From positions 32,001 to 96,000 of IMG/VR virus record IMGVR_UViG_3300043775_001610: DNA of 64,000 bases. One strand, given 5' to 3'. A program made the position numbers and the translations under genes. The notes beneath the pieces are model-generated. The model did not search any database. It was not told where the DNA came from and saw only the letters and a list, made by a program, of their open reading frames with translations. Positions within the stretch are counted from its first letter, which is position 1. Each line of letters starts with the position of its first letter. The DNA comes from a virus. Below are positions 1-10,460 of the stretch, one piece after another.

Positions 1-16
1 CTGGTGACATAAAGCC

Positions 17-871
17 ATGACCCTTGAATATAAAGAGATATATCCAAAGATATGGGTATTTAAAAATCCATGGAAAGACATAGACCTATTAACAAAAACA
101 ATAATTGATTCGGAACAAAACCCAGAAGGCTCTGCTTTAAATTGGCATGGCTGGTACACCTTTGGAAAAGAAGCTGATCAGTTTAACCATTCAATTGAAT
201 CATCTGAAAGAACTGAATTAGAAAAACGTTTCTGGGATGAAATAATTGAGGTTTTTAATAAAACAACAAGTCAGTATGCGGATACTTTTAGCGTACCACT
301 TGATAGAGACGCAATAGTTTTTAACGAAGAAACTGGAAACGATGATCCTATGTGGAAAAGAATGGGACCTTCAATATGTAAGTATGAAGTCGATGGAGGA
401 ATTGAAGATTCCGACCTTGCAATGCATGTACATACAGACTACCAAAGAGACTATCATGATTTTAGAGGATATAAGTTTACGTTTACCTGCACCATGTATT
501 TAAATGGAGACTATGAAGGCGGAGGACTTACTTTTTTGGTAGACAATAAAACTCTTTATTACAAACCAGAAAAGGGCGACATTTTGTTATTCCCAGCAGG
601 AGACCCAGATTTTCTTTCCGATGCTGGACAATTTTATATGCATGGAGTTGAAAAAGTTAAGGGCACCCCTAAGTATTTTGTAAGAAACCATTGGGTTAGA
701 TTTTATCCTGGATCGCCAGAATGGCTAGAAAACGAAAAACTTTATGGAAAAGAAATATGGAAAGAAATGGAAATTGCCAGAACTAAAGAAGAAAGAAAGT
801 CTGGAGCTTATCAAACAATAAACTATGATGAACTTAAAAAGCTAGAAAGGATTAATTTAAATGACATTTAA
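17..871 (+). CDS. 2OG-Fe(II) oxygenase (prolyl 4-hydroxylase-like)
   Basis: HTD motif, YLNGDYEGG, distal MHGV. Confidence 0.85.
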   Translation: MTLEYKEIYPKIWVFKNPWKDIDLLTKTIIDSEQNPEGSALNWHGWYTFGKEADQFNHSIESSERTELEKRFWDEIIEVFNKTTSQYADTFSVPLDRDAIVFNEETGNDDPMWKRMGPSICKYEVDGGIEDSDLAMHVHTDYQRDYHDFRGYKFTFTCTMYLNGDYEGGGLTFLVDNKTLYYKPEKGDILLFPAGDPDFLSDAGQFYMHGVEKVKGTPKYFVRNHWVRFYPGSPEWLENEKLYGKEIWKEMEIARTKEERKSGAYQTINYDELKKLERINLNDI

Positions 872-1613
872 TTTAGAAAATCAGAATAGAGTTAAAGAAG
901 ACATAGTGTTTTTTGAAAATTTTCTTAGTCCAGAAGATTGCGAAAAAGTTATTAAATATTGGGAGCATTCTGTAGAAAAAGGAACTCTTCCATGGGCACC
1001 AATATCATTCTACGATTCCTTTGCTTCAAATTTACCAGACGATGAAGACAAGGAAAAGTTTGGCCTTCCTTCTGATTTTTTTACTAAGCTTCAAGATAAA
1101 ATACAAGAGGCTACAGAAATATGTAGAGGCGATAAGGTTAGACTAGTTAGCTATCACGCACAGAAATGGGTAGAGGGAGCTTATGCAGGTTACCATTCAG
1201 ACAATACCCCAATAGATTCTCCAGAATACAACTCTTTTGAAAGAAGCAAGTGGGCAGCATTCCTTTACTTAAATGATGATTTTGAAGGTGGCGTTTTAAA
1301 CTTTAGGGATCATGATATTTCTTTGCAGCCAAAAACTGGAATGCTAGCAGCATTTGCTGGAGGTCATCACAATATACATGAAGTACAAATGATTACTAAG
1401 GGAACAAGAATAACTATAGGATCATTTTGGGATAATGAAGAGGCTGTTTATAGCGAAGAAAAGCAGGCTATGTGGGAAACCGATATAGCAGATCAAAGAA
1501 AAAGACAGGCAGAGGACGCAGAGCTTTGGGCAGAACTTAAAGCAAGAGGTGAAAGACTAAAGCCTGGACCAGATCAAACTGCTAAAAAAGAAGTAGCATT
1601 GGAGATAGAATGA
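861..1613 (+). CDS. 2OG-Fe(II) oxygenase
   Basis: HSD...YLNDDFEGG...HEV...R motifs. Confidence 0.9.
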   Translation: MTFNLENQNRVKEDIVFFENFLSPEDCEKVIKYWEHSVEKGTLPWAPISFYDSFASNLPDDEDKEKFGLPSDFFTKLQDKIQEATEICRGDKVRLVSYHAQKWVEGAYAGYHSDNTPIDSPEYNSFERSKWAAFLYLNDDFEGGVLNFRDHDISLQPKTGMLAAFAGGHHNIHEVQMITKGTRITIGSFWDNEEAVYSEEKQAMWETDIADQRKRQAEDAELWAELKARGERLKPGPDQTAKKEVALEIE

Positions 1614-2419
1614 TAAAAACGACTGTATTAGAAAACGGAATGATTAGAGAAGAGCTTCACCCGCAAGTTTATTATTATAGAAATGCTATCCCTAATGTAA
1701 AAGAATGGCTAGATCTTGTAAATGATTCTGAAAATCATGAAGACCTTTATTCGATTATCACACCATGGAACACATGGGATGTAGATGAAAACAGAGCTTT
1801 TGGAAACCCTTATGTTTACGGATATAAAAAATTATGTTTGTTAAATAGTGTTTTTAATATAGATAAAGACGTCACAGAAGAAACAAAAGAGTTCTTTATT
1901 AAAATTAGAGATCCACTTTTTAATGCAATTAAGGCAGTTTGTGAAGATTATAAAGAGTCTCAAGGAATTAAAGAAGATATTATATTGCTAGAGCAATTTG
2001 GAGTTCATAGATATAGGTCTGGTAACTTTATGGGAGTTCATCATGATTCACAAGAAGGTGACACTAGACTTCTTTATTCCATGGTAGTTTGGCCTAATGA
2101 TGACTATGAAGGTGGAGAACTATCTTTTTCTATAAAAGACGGAGTTCTTACTAGCACAGAGCTTTCTTTGCAGGGCGATCTTTTTGATCCTAAAAATGAA
2201 GGCTTGTATGATTTTTATATTAAGCCAGAAGCGGGGAGCATAGTAATATTCCCTTCACCTTCTCCATTTAGCCATACAGCACATGTTGTTAAATCTGGAT
2301 GGAAGTATATGTTACCAATGTTTTGGATAGACCCTAATGGAGAAGATGCATTGTTTAAGCAAGATCCAGAGTGGCGGCCAGAGTTTGTTTACCCAGATAA
2401 AGAAGATTTATTTAAGTAA
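1610..2419 (+). CDS. 2OG-Fe(II) oxygenase
   Basis: HHD...NDDYEGGE...HTAH. Confidence 0.85.
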   Translation: MIKTTVLENGMIREELHPQVYYYRNAIPNVKEWLDLVNDSENHEDLYSIITPWNTWDVDENRAFGNPYVYGYKKLCLLNSVFNIDKDVTEETKEFFIKIRDPLFNAIKAVCEDYKESQGIKEDIILLEQFGVHRYRSGNFMGVHHDSQEGDTRLLYSMVVWPNDDYEGGELSFSIKDGVLTSTELSLQGDLFDPKNEGLYDFYIKPEAGSIVIFPSPSPFSHTAHVVKSGWKYMLPMFWIDPNGEDALFKQDPEWRPEFVYPDKEDLFK

Positions 2420-2464
2420 AAATATCTGGTACAATTATTACAAAAGTTATAAATAGGAGGAAGT

Positions 2465-3181
2465 ATGAAAAGCGAAGAATTATTTGATAAGGTGTATTAC
2501 TACACGGATGTTATAAAGGAGCCTAAAAAGCTTGTTGATTTAATCGAATCAACAGAATCTGATAAATACTCAAGCTTCATCACCCCCTGGGAAGAGTGGG
2601 GTGCATGTAGTGGACAAATGTACATTTATGGATCACACAAAAGAATAAAGTGTTTGTCTTCTGAAGATATAGAAAAAAATATATCCGAAGATGTTATAGA
2701 TGATTGCAACTATATTTTCAATGAGATATTTGATGGTATGAAAAATGTCTGTGAAGATTATGCTTCAAAAATCGGTGATGATGCTGAGATAATTTTAATG
2801 ACAGATACAGCAATTAAGAAATACATGCCTGGAACTTTTATGGGATCCCACTTTGATCAGCAGGAGGGGGATAGAAGACTTAGGTATTCTATGGTAATGT
2901 ATTTAAATGATGATTACGAAGGCGGAGAAATATCTTTTAATGTAAAAGATGGAGTATTGACTTCTACAGATGATGCCGCTGCAGAAGATTTTGATAGCCC
3001 ACTTAATCATGATAGAATTATGTTTCACGTTAAGCCGAAGGCTGGAAGCGTAATAATCTTTCCTTCAACAGATCCATATAGTCATACAGCACACCTTATA
3101 AAAGGCGGATCTAAGTATATGGTCCCTTCGTTTTGGCTTAACACTGGTAAATTCGTAGATGGCGTTTTTATTCCAAACTAG
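2465..3181 (+). CDS. 2OG-Fe(II) oxygenase, paralog of 1610..2419
   Basis: HFD...YLNDDYEGGE...HTAH; shares the KDGVLTST insert with the previous gene. Confidence 0.85.
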   Translation: MKSEELFDKVYYYTDVIKEPKKLVDLIESTESDKYSSFITPWEEWGACSGQMYIYGSHKRIKCLSSEDIEKNISEDVIDDCNYIFNEIFDGMKNVCEDYASKIGDDAEIILMTDTAIKKYMPGTFMGSHFDQQEGDRRLRYSMVMYLNDDYEGGEISFNVKDGVLTSTDDAAAEDFDSPLNHDRIMFHVKPKAGSVIIFPSTDPYSHTAHLIKGGSKYMVPSFWLNTGKFVDGVFIPN

Positions 3182-3193
3182 AAAGAGTTAATT

Positions 3194-3739
3194 ATGGCAA
3201 TGTACGTTTTTCAAGAAATTGCACCAAAGACATTTTATTTTACATATTGTCTTCAAGAGATTGGGAACTATATAAGCTTCCTTGAAGAAAGCGAAAAGAA
3301 TCCAAGTAATTTAATTAGTCAGTGGCAAGACACAGAGTATGGATATGAGAAGAAGGTATCTTCTGATTTTTCTAACGAGTCTGGTCCAGTAGACACTCGT
3401 AGCCTTTTTATTATTAATAACTTGAAGGCGACATTCCATCACTGTTTTAGTCAGTATAAGATATTTAACAATATAGAAGAAGAAGTTAATCTAAGCACCG
3501 ACTATTTTGTAAGAAAACATAATGAAGGACAAGTAAAAAATAATTGTGGAGCAAAGGGCAAGTATACTGCTAGACTATATATTAACGATTCTTTTTCTGG
3601 TGGAGAAATTTCAATACCTGGAAAGCCTAAGTTTAAGCCAGAGGCAGGCAGCATAATTATCTCTCCATCAGATGTACAGGTGACAGCAGAACCAGCAAAT
3701 GGTAATTCAAGATACATTGCAATAGGTCATTGGGTTTAA
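3194..3739 (+). CDS. Degenerate 2OG-Fe(II) oxygenase-fold protein
   Basis: YINDSFSGGE and KPEAGS retained; HxD and distal His absent. Confidence 0.65.
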   Translation: MAMYVFQEIAPKTFYFTYCLQEIGNYISFLEESEKNPSNLISQWQDTEYGYEKKVSSDFSNESGPVDTRSLFIINNLKATFHHCFSQYKIFNNIEEEVNLSTDYFVRKHNEGQVKNNCGAKGKYTARLYINDSFSGGEISIPGKPKFKPEAGSIIISPSDVQVTAEPANGNSRYIAIGHWV

Positions 3740-3750
3740 TTCCCACCCTC

Positions 3751-3759
3751 TGATATAAT
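3751..3759 (+). promoter_or_regulatory. Extended -10 promoter (TGATATAAT), probably leaderless
   Basis: TGnTATAAT 6 nt before ATG 3766, no SD. Confidence 0.6.
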
Positions 3760-3765
3760 TAAAAG

Positions 3766-5526
3766 ATGTCATACTACCTAGATGTAATAAAAGATTCTCC
3801 GATTGGCTTGTGGAAGTTAGATGAGCTTTCTGGGTCTATTGCTTATGATATTTCTGGTTGCGACAATCATGCATCTTACGTAGGTCAGATAGTTAAATTT
3901 GGAATGCCAATCGTATCGGGTGGAAACCATTCAAATAAAATTGATAGTTCTAATTATATACAGTTTACTATATCAAAAGACTTTTCTGGGACAAATGGAA
4001 CTGGAGGATTTGCAACATCGGATACTTACGATAATGATTTCTCCCTTGAAGCATGGATTCATCCCAAAACATTAACATCTCTTACGCCAATTTTAGCAGA
4101 TTCTTCTGGGATTGGATTATATTGGGATAACGGAAATGTTGTATTTAAATTAGAATCCGAAAGAATTGATTATTCTGTGCCTAATCCAAATAGAGTTATT
4201 CATGTCGTTGGAGTTTACTCTATAAGATCAATGAGTCTTTATGTAGATGGGCTACTTGTAGCAACGCAAAGTGTATCTAATAAATTTACAAATACCAGCG
4301 TTACTCTTTTATCTGGACCGACTACTGCTGGTCAATATTTCTTAATCGACAGTCCAGCTGTGTACAGGTACGCCTTGTCTAACAAATCTATATCTTCACA
4401 CTATAATAATTTGTTTTTAGACAAAGATGAGCAAATTGTTGTCCCAGATTTTGGTCAGCTACTTGTTGTTTCAGAAAAACATTACAATCCAGAAACAGAA
4501 TATCTTTATCCAGAAAGAGAAAGTTGGAGGTCCCTATCTTTTGATAGTACCAACCTTTCTTACAATGAAAAAAATAATAGTTTATGCTTAAGCTCTGGAT
4601 CTTCTGGAGAAATGATAAAAGTTTTAGGTTTAAATATTATAAAGCCTTATGTGTCTTCAAAGATTGATTGGGTTGCCTCTACTGGAGTTTCTATTTATGT
4701 TTCAGATGTTTCTGAGGCTGGGCCATGGAGCATATGTACAAATGGATCCTCTATACCAGGATTTACACAAGGGTCTAACTTTTCTACAAAAAAAATTCTA
4801 TATTTTAAAATTCAATTTGCTTCTTCAAATTTAAATATTTATATGCCAGAGTTATACTCCTTAAAAATTTCTTTTTACAATGAGAAAAAGGTGTTTGCAC
4901 ATAATGGGGGCAATATCCTATCGGTGCCACAGCCAACATCTGGATCCACTTGGGATGTAGATTTGTCAAGCAATAGCTATCCAGTAAGAACTAAAAATTA
5001 TTATAATGGAGTTAGGCCTAAATCCTCAGTGTTTTGCGTAAGCTTATCAGAAGAAGCAAAAAGCTTAGAGATGATATTTACCCCCAAGTCCCTGTCTAGC
5101 GGATTTCTTTTATTTAATAAAACTGGTCTAGTTGAAACCTACCTATCCTGGTCGGCTAACGGCGACATAACAAAATCAAATATTAGTAGCATATATATAA
5201 ATGGGCAAGATATATCCTCAGCAACTAACATTTCTTCTTATCTATATTTAGATGATCCAAACTATATATTTATTAAGGCCTCCTCTTTGTTTTCTGGAGA
5301 ATTATGGTTAAACGGCAAACAATTATTAGGGGTAAGGTCTGGAGTTCTAGACGACAACTTATACCAAAATATTGCCACCTATCTGTCAGACACGATCAAC
5401 CCATCTGAGCATTATAATCTTTATATTGGAAAATCAGCAGCAATTGGCCAGGGTTCGTCTATATCGATGACAGAAGAGTCTGTTTCTACGTACTCTAGAG
5501 ACAGGGTTGTGTTCCAAATCATATAA
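3766..5526 (+). CDS. LamG/concanavalin A-like domain virion protein
   Basis: FSLEAWI, HVVGVY, LYVDG, AVYRYALS motifs. Confidence 0.7.
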   Translation: MSYYLDVIKDSPIGLWKLDELSGSIAYDISGCDNHASYVGQIVKFGMPIVSGGNHSNKIDSSNYIQFTISKDFSGTNGTGGFATSDTYDNDFSLEAWIHPKTLTSLTPILADSSGIGLYWDNGNVVFKLESERIDYSVPNPNRVIHVVGVYSIRSMSLYVDGLLVATQSVSNKFTNTSVTLLSGPTTAGQYFLIDSPAVYRYALSNKSISSHYNNLFLDKDEQIVVPDFGQLLVVSEKHYNPETEYLYPERESWRSLSFDSTNLSYNEKNNSLCLSSGSSGEMIKVLGLNIIKPYVSSKIDWVASTGVSIYVSDVSEAGPWSICTNGSSIPGFTQGSNFSTKKILYFKIQFASSNLNIYMPELYSLKISFYNEKKVFAHNGGNILSVPQPTSGSTWDVDLSSNSYPVRTKNYYNGVRPKSSVFCVSLSEEAKSLEMIFTPKSLSSGFLLFNKTGLVETYLSWSANGDITKSNISSIYINGQDISSATNISSYLYLDDPNYIFIKASSLFSGELWLNGKQLLGVRSGVLDDNLYQNIATYLSDTINPSEHYNLYIGKSAAIGQGSSISMTEESVSTYSRDRVVFQII

Positions 5527-5589
5527 TTTTGTCAGGCTAGATGACAAAAAGCTGGACTTATGTCTACAAAGATGGTAAAATAATTAACT

Positions 5590-5934
5590 ATGGATATAAA
5601 AAGAATTAATGCTCAAATGAAGTCTGGTGAAACCAGGCTTGGGGTTTATGTATGGGAAATGCCTGACGGACGTTGGGTTGGCGACGAAGACAATAACTTT
5701 TTATCCATACAATCAATGATAGGTAATAAAGAGAGAATTGCCCTTTTAGCTTCAGCTGTAGCACACTATGGAATTGATGTTGGTCAGCCTAAGTTTATTG
5801 AAGGAAGCCGACAAATTGATGAAGAAGAATTCGAGTACCAAAAGCAAAGATTAAGATGGGGATTGACTCCAGATCCATTAGACATTGGTGTTCATAAAGA
5901 AGAGATGGCTAGACTGAATGGTGGTAAAAAATGA
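5590..5934 (+). CDS. Hypothetical protein upstream of portal
   Basis: ORF overlapping portal start (ATGA). Confidence 0.6.
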   Translation: MDIKRINAQMKSGETRLGVYVWEMPDGRWVGDEDNNFLSIQSMIGNKERIALLASAVAHYGIDVGQPKFIEGSRQIDEEEFEYQKQRLRWGLTPDPLDIGVHKEEMARLNGGKK

Positions 5935-7511
5935 AAGAATATGAAGAGAATTTAGTTTCTAACAATGTAGAGATATCTAATGTTGCGGATTGGATGAGAT
6001 TTAGCAATCCTACAACACAAAAATCTGACGACTTGTTTGATATAGATGCCGAAGAAGTTTTAAAGCTATCGGGCCTTGGGGCATCATTTAGAAGAAAAGT
6101 ATCTAGAGATATTCAGAAAGCATTTACTGGTAAAGATGGATCTGTAAGCCAGCAACTTCAGCACCAACAAGCAGTTAGCGGATACGCGACCTTTGACTTA
6201 ATTCAGCCAGAATACAACCTTGACTATTTGTCAACAATTTATGAAATTTCTCCATATAACTATGCAGCCATAAATGCAAAAGTTGCAAATATTGTCGGAC
6301 TAGGATTTGATTTTATCGAGTCAAAAAAGACAACAGATGCACTAGACGAAATTACCGATGAGAAGCAATTAGAAAGAGCACGTAAAAAGCTAAATAGAAT
6401 TAAGCAAGACTTGCACAGATGGCTTGAAGATTGCAATGAAGATGAAACTTTCAAGGAAACTCTTATCAAGTTCTACACCGACATAGAGGCTACTGGTAAT
6501 GGCTATCTGGAGGTCGGTAGAACGACAACTGGTAAGATTGGGTACATCGGCCATATCCCTTCAAAGACAATGCGTGTAAGACGCCTTAGAGACGGTTTTA
6601 TACAGCTTCTTTATGGCAAGGCGGTATACTTTAGAAACTTCGGGGACACAGAAACAATAAACCCTATAGCAGGTCAAGAAGATAGACCTAATGAAATTAT
6701 TCACTTGAAGAAGTACACCCCAAAGAATAACTATTACGGAATCCCAGATATTATTGCTGCACAAAATGCAATGGCTGGAAATGAATTTGCTGGTAAATAT
6801 AACCTAGACTATTTTGAAAATAAGGCAGTCCCACGATATATCATTACAGTTAAGGGAGCAAAGCTTTCTACAGAATCTGAAAGAAAACTACTTGAATTTT
6901 TCCAGGTTGGGCTAAAGGGCAAAAACCACAGATCTTTGTATATCCCTCTGCCACCAGACTCTCCAGACTCAAAAACTGAATTTAAAATGGAGCCAATTGA
7001 GGCAGGAGCGCAAGAAGGCTCATTTGAAAAATATAGAAATTCAAATAGAGATGAAATCCTAATGGCTCATAGAGTTCCAATTAATAAAATTGGAACTCCA
7101 GCTGGAATAAACTTAGCCGCAGCTAGAGATGCAGACAAGACATTTAAGGAGCAGGTTTGCCTTCCAGCACAACAAAATCTAGAAAAGAAATTAAATAAAA
7201 TAATTCAAGAAATGACTGATGCCTTGGAGCTTAAGTTCAACGAGCTTTCCTTGACCGATGCAGATACTCAGTCTAAGATCGATGAAAGATATCTTAGATT
7301 CCAGGTAATTACTCCAAATGAAATTAGGGTAAGAATGGGAATGGTTCCAAGAGAAGGCGGGGATGTCCCAGTAGATCTTGCAGCCCAAGCAGCCGAAGTT
7401 AAGGCTCAGGCAAATCAAAGCAGAGCTCGTGACCAAGAAAGGTCAGCAAATTCTCCAGATAAATCGGGTGAAGGCAGAAATGCTAAGGGAGATGGAAGAC
7501 AAGTCAACTAG
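5931..7511 (+). CDS. Portal protein
   Basis: DIEATGNGYLEV, EIIHLK, YYGIP, ITPNEIR motifs; position. Confidence 0.9.
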   Translation: MKEYEENLVSNNVEISNVADWMRFSNPTTQKSDDLFDIDAEEVLKLSGLGASFRRKVSRDIQKAFTGKDGSVSQQLQHQQAVSGYATFDLIQPEYNLDYLSTIYEISPYNYAAINAKVANIVGLGFDFIESKKTTDALDEITDEKQLERARKKLNRIKQDLHRWLEDCNEDETFKETLIKFYTDIEATGNGYLEVGRTTTGKIGYIGHIPSKTMRVRRLRDGFIQLLYGKAVYFRNFGDTETINPIAGQEDRPNEIIHLKKYTPKNNYYGIPDIIAAQNAMAGNEFAGKYNLDYFENKAVPRYIITVKGAKLSTESERKLLEFFQVGLKGKNHRSLYIPLPPDSPDSKTEFKMEPIEAGAQEGSFEKYRNSNRDEILMAHRVPINKIGTPAGINLAAARDADKTFKEQVCLPAQQNLEKKLNKIIQEMTDALELKFNELSLTDADTQSKIDERYLRFQVITPNEIRVRMGMVPREGGDVPVDLAAQAAEVKAQANQSRARDQERSANSPDKSGEGRNAKGDGRQVN

Positions 7512-7529
7512 TCCTACTCAACTAGTTAT

Positions 7530-7558
7530 TTGCCTTTTGATACAACAATCTCTATAAT
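7530..7558 (+). promoter_or_regulatory. Sigma70-type promoter TTGCCT-N17-TATAAT
   Basis: Consensus-like boxes, 17-nt spacer. Confidence 0.65.
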
Positions 7559-7567
7559 ATATAACAT

Positions 7568-8881
7568 ATGATCATAGAAAAGTCACATTGGTCTTCTAAT
7601 GGAAATGCTATTAATTTATCAGTTCCTTTTACGAAGGTCAACAGAGAAAAAAGAACAGTCTCAGGTTTTGCAACATTAGATAACCTGGATCAGACTGGTG
7701 ATGTCGTTACCCAAGAAGCTAGCATGAAAGCGTTTGAAAGCTTTAGAGGTAATCTAAGAGAGATGCATCAACCTCTTGCAGTTGGTAAGGTTGCATCATT
7801 CAGACCAGAAACCTTTTATGATCCAACAACAAAAGAGTTTTACAATGGAGTTTATGTAGACGCTTATATCTCAAAAGGCGCACAAGACACATGGGAAAAA
7901 GTTTTGGACGGGACCTTAACAGGATTTTCAATCGGCGGAAAGATTCTTGATTCAGAAAACGAAGTAAACAAATCAACAGGAGCATCAGTAAGATTTATTA
8001 AAGATTACGCACTAGTTGAATTATCAATCGTTGATTCACCAGCAAATGAACTATGTAACATTCTATCTATTGAAAAAGTAAACGGACAAATGATTTTTAA
8101 AGGCATCGCAGCAGATGTTAAAATGGAAAATATTTTTTATTGTGCAGATAGTGATTCTGTTTTTATGTCAACAGAATCAGAATACCTTTCTCCAGTTACT
8201 GGTAAAAAAACAGAACTAATTGGATGGGTAGAATCAAACGACGTAAACAAAGCAAAAGAAATAGAGAAGATTCTTGATTCACGTAGATCAAGATTGCAAA
8301 CATTGCCTGACAACACAAACATAAATATGGCAATTGCAGAAGGAGGAAATGAAGTGGAAAAGCTTAATGTAACAGAAGCAACTCCAGTAGTAGAAGAAGC
8401 AGTTGTAGAAACACCTGCAGAAATTATTGAAGAAGTTGCACCAGTAGAACAAGAGTCTGCTGAAGTTGTAGCTGAAGTAACTTCTGCCGAAGTTCTGGAA
8501 AAATCAGCAGAACTAACAGAACAGGAATCACCTGACTTTGTTAAGATGCTAGGCGACCTTAAGGGTTTCTTCTCAGAGACTTTGGAAAAGGCCTCTGAGG
8601 CAAACGCTGCTCAGGTTTCAACAATCAAGGAGACAGTCGAAGCTTTTAGCAAGAATGTTGATTTGAGAATTTCAGAATTAGCAGAGAAGCACACAGAACT
8701 CTCAACAGCAGTTGATTCAATTAAGTCCATCATGGACACAGTTGAAAAAAGAGTAGACGCAGTAGAATCAGACACTGCAATTAAGAAGTCCTCTGACCTT
8801 GGCGGGTCAACAGGAGTAACAATCAAAAAATCAAAATGGAACGGCACTTTCCTCGGTTCCGTTAGCGAATTAACAAAATAA
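7568..8881 (+). CDS. Prohead protease with C-terminal scaffold-like region
   Basis: HK97-type protease motifs (EMH, GFSIGG, ELSIVDSPAN); acidic coiled-coil C-terminus. Confidence 0.85.
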   Translation: MIIEKSHWSSNGNAINLSVPFTKVNREKRTVSGFATLDNLDQTGDVVTQEASMKAFESFRGNLREMHQPLAVGKVASFRPETFYDPTTKEFYNGVYVDAYISKGAQDTWEKVLDGTLTGFSIGGKILDSENEVNKSTGASVRFIKDYALVELSIVDSPANELCNILSIEKVNGQMIFKGIAADVKMENIFYCADSDSVFMSTESEYLSPVTGKKTELIGWVESNDVNKAKEIEKILDSRRSRLQTLPDNTNINMAIAEGGNEVEKLNVTEATPVVEEAVVETPAEIIEEVAPVEQESAEVVAEVTSAEVLEKSAELTEQESPDFVKMLGDLKGFFSETLEKASEANAAQVSTIKETVEAFSKNVDLRISELAEKHTELSTAVDSIKSIMDTVEKRVDAVESDTAIKKSSDLGGSTGVTIKKSKWNGTFLGSVSELTK

Positions 8882-8899
8882 GGGTATGGTGAAAAACTA

Positions 8900-9949
8900 A
8901 TGAGTAATGAACTATTAGCAAAAGCAGCTGAAGCAGGCACAACACTAACAGGTGGAATGACTGGCGCAGCAAACCCTACCGACGGAATTCACGTAGGTTC
9001 CGAGGGTAAGGGAGGCTTGCTCAATCCTGAGCAATCCGCAAGATTCCTAGATTACATGTTCGATGCAACAGTAATCGGTAAGGTAGCACGTACAGTTCGA
9101 ATGAGAGCTGACACTACAGAGATTGATCGTATCGGCGTCGGAGAGAAGCTTATGAAGCTTGCATCCGAAGCAGAGAACACTGGCTCAAACGCAGCAGTAC
9201 AGTTCTCAAAGATTTCTCTCACAACAAAGAAGCTTCGCCTAGATTGGGAACTTTCAACTGAGTCTCTAGAAGACAACATTGAAGGTGCAGATCTAGAAGA
9301 TCACATTGCAAGACTGATGGCAACACAGGCTGGTAATGACCTAGAGGACGTAGTCCTTAACGGTAACACAGCTCTATCTTCAGATAACCTATACAAGGCA
9401 TTTGATGGTATTGTCAAGATTGCAAAGACAAATGGTCGTGTAGTAGCTGGAGCGGGCGCAAACGTGTCTCGTGACATCTTCAACAAGGCACTAAAGGCTA
9501 TGCCACGTAAGTACAAGCAGCGTCGTCCAGACCTACGCTTCCTTGCAGGCTCAAACCTAATTCAAGACTACTTGTACTCAACATCACAGAACATCCAGAA
9601 CGTTAACCCACAAGATATTGCTTCAAGCATTATCCGTGGAGACCAGGGTGGTCTAGGTGGTCCAGCAGGATATGTGGCACCATTCGCATTTGGTATTCCA
9701 ATTGTTGAAGTTCCACTACTTAAGGAAACACAGACAGGTTCATATGCAACACCAACAGGAGAGCACGGAGACGTCCACTTGACATTCCCAAATAACGTTG
9801 TTATTGGTATCAAGCGTGATGTAACTGTTTACCGCTTCTTCTGGCCAAAGAAGGACTCAATCGAATATACAATGTATACTCGTGTGGGTACCCAAATTGA
9901 GCAGGCAGATGCATGGGTAGTCGTAAAAGACGTTAAGGTTGCTTCTTAA
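8900..9949 (+). CDS. Major capsid protein (HK97 fold)
   Basis: Follows protease; GGLLNPEQ, LNG, FGIPIVEVP motifs; terminator follows. Confidence 0.9.
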   Translation: MSNELLAKAAEAGTTLTGGMTGAANPTDGIHVGSEGKGGLLNPEQSARFLDYMFDATVIGKVARTVRMRADTTEIDRIGVGEKLMKLASEAENTGSNAAVQFSKISLTTKKLRLDWELSTESLEDNIEGADLEDHIARLMATQAGNDLEDVVLNGNTALSSDNLYKAFDGIVKIAKTNGRVVAGAGANVSRDIFNKALKAMPRKYKQRRPDLRFLAGSNLIQDYLYSTSQNIQNVNPQDIASSIIRGDQGGLGGPAGYVAPFAFGIPIVEVPLLKETQTGSYATPTGEHGDVHLTFPNNVVIGIKRDVTVYRFFWPKKDSIEYTMYTRVGTQIEQADAWVVVKDVKVAS

Positions 9950-9970
9950 TTAAATAAGAAATAACTACCG

Positions 9971-10000
9971 AAAGGCCCCCAATTAATTTTGGGGGCTTTT
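9971..10000 (+). terminator. Rho-independent terminator
   Basis: AAAGGCCCCCAA-loop-TTGGGGGCTTTT hairpin. Confidence 0.8.
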
Positions 10001-10052
10001 CATTTTAATTTTATAGTGCTATAATTTATATACATACCAAAGGAGTATACAC

Positions 10053-10451
10053 ATGTCATTTGACACACTTAAGGTCAAAGATCTAAAGACATTAGCAGCG
10101 GACTTCGCAGTTGATGTTGATGGACTAAAAAATAAAGCAGATGTTATTGCAGCCCTAACAGAAGAAGGAGTAACTTGGTCAGTTTATCAAGGTACACTCA
10201 AAAACATAGAGAACGCAAAAGAAGATGCAGATGAAATTCTTCCTAGACTTGATCCAAATCAAAAGCTTGATGAAGATATGGTTCTTGTAAAGATGGATCG
10301 ACCAAACTACAGATATGATGCACTTGGATTTACATTCACGATTGAGCACCCATTTGTAGCAATGAAGCCAGATTTGGCTCAAGAAATTTTTGATAAGGAG
10401 GAAGGGTTTAGATTGGCTACACCTAGAGAAGTACAGGAGTACTACAACTAA
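10053..10451 (+). CDS. Head-associated protein with Rho-N/HeH-like N-terminus
   Basis: LKVKDLKTLA...KADVIAAL pattern; GGAG RBS. Confidence 0.55.
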   Translation: MSFDTLKVKDLKTLAADFAVDVDGLKNKADVIAALTEEGVTWSVYQGTLKNIENAKEDADEILPRLDPNQKLDEDMVLVKMDRPNYRYDALGFTFTIEHPFVAMKPDLAQEIFDKEEGFRLATPREVQEYYN

Positions 10452-10460
10452 GCCTAATAC

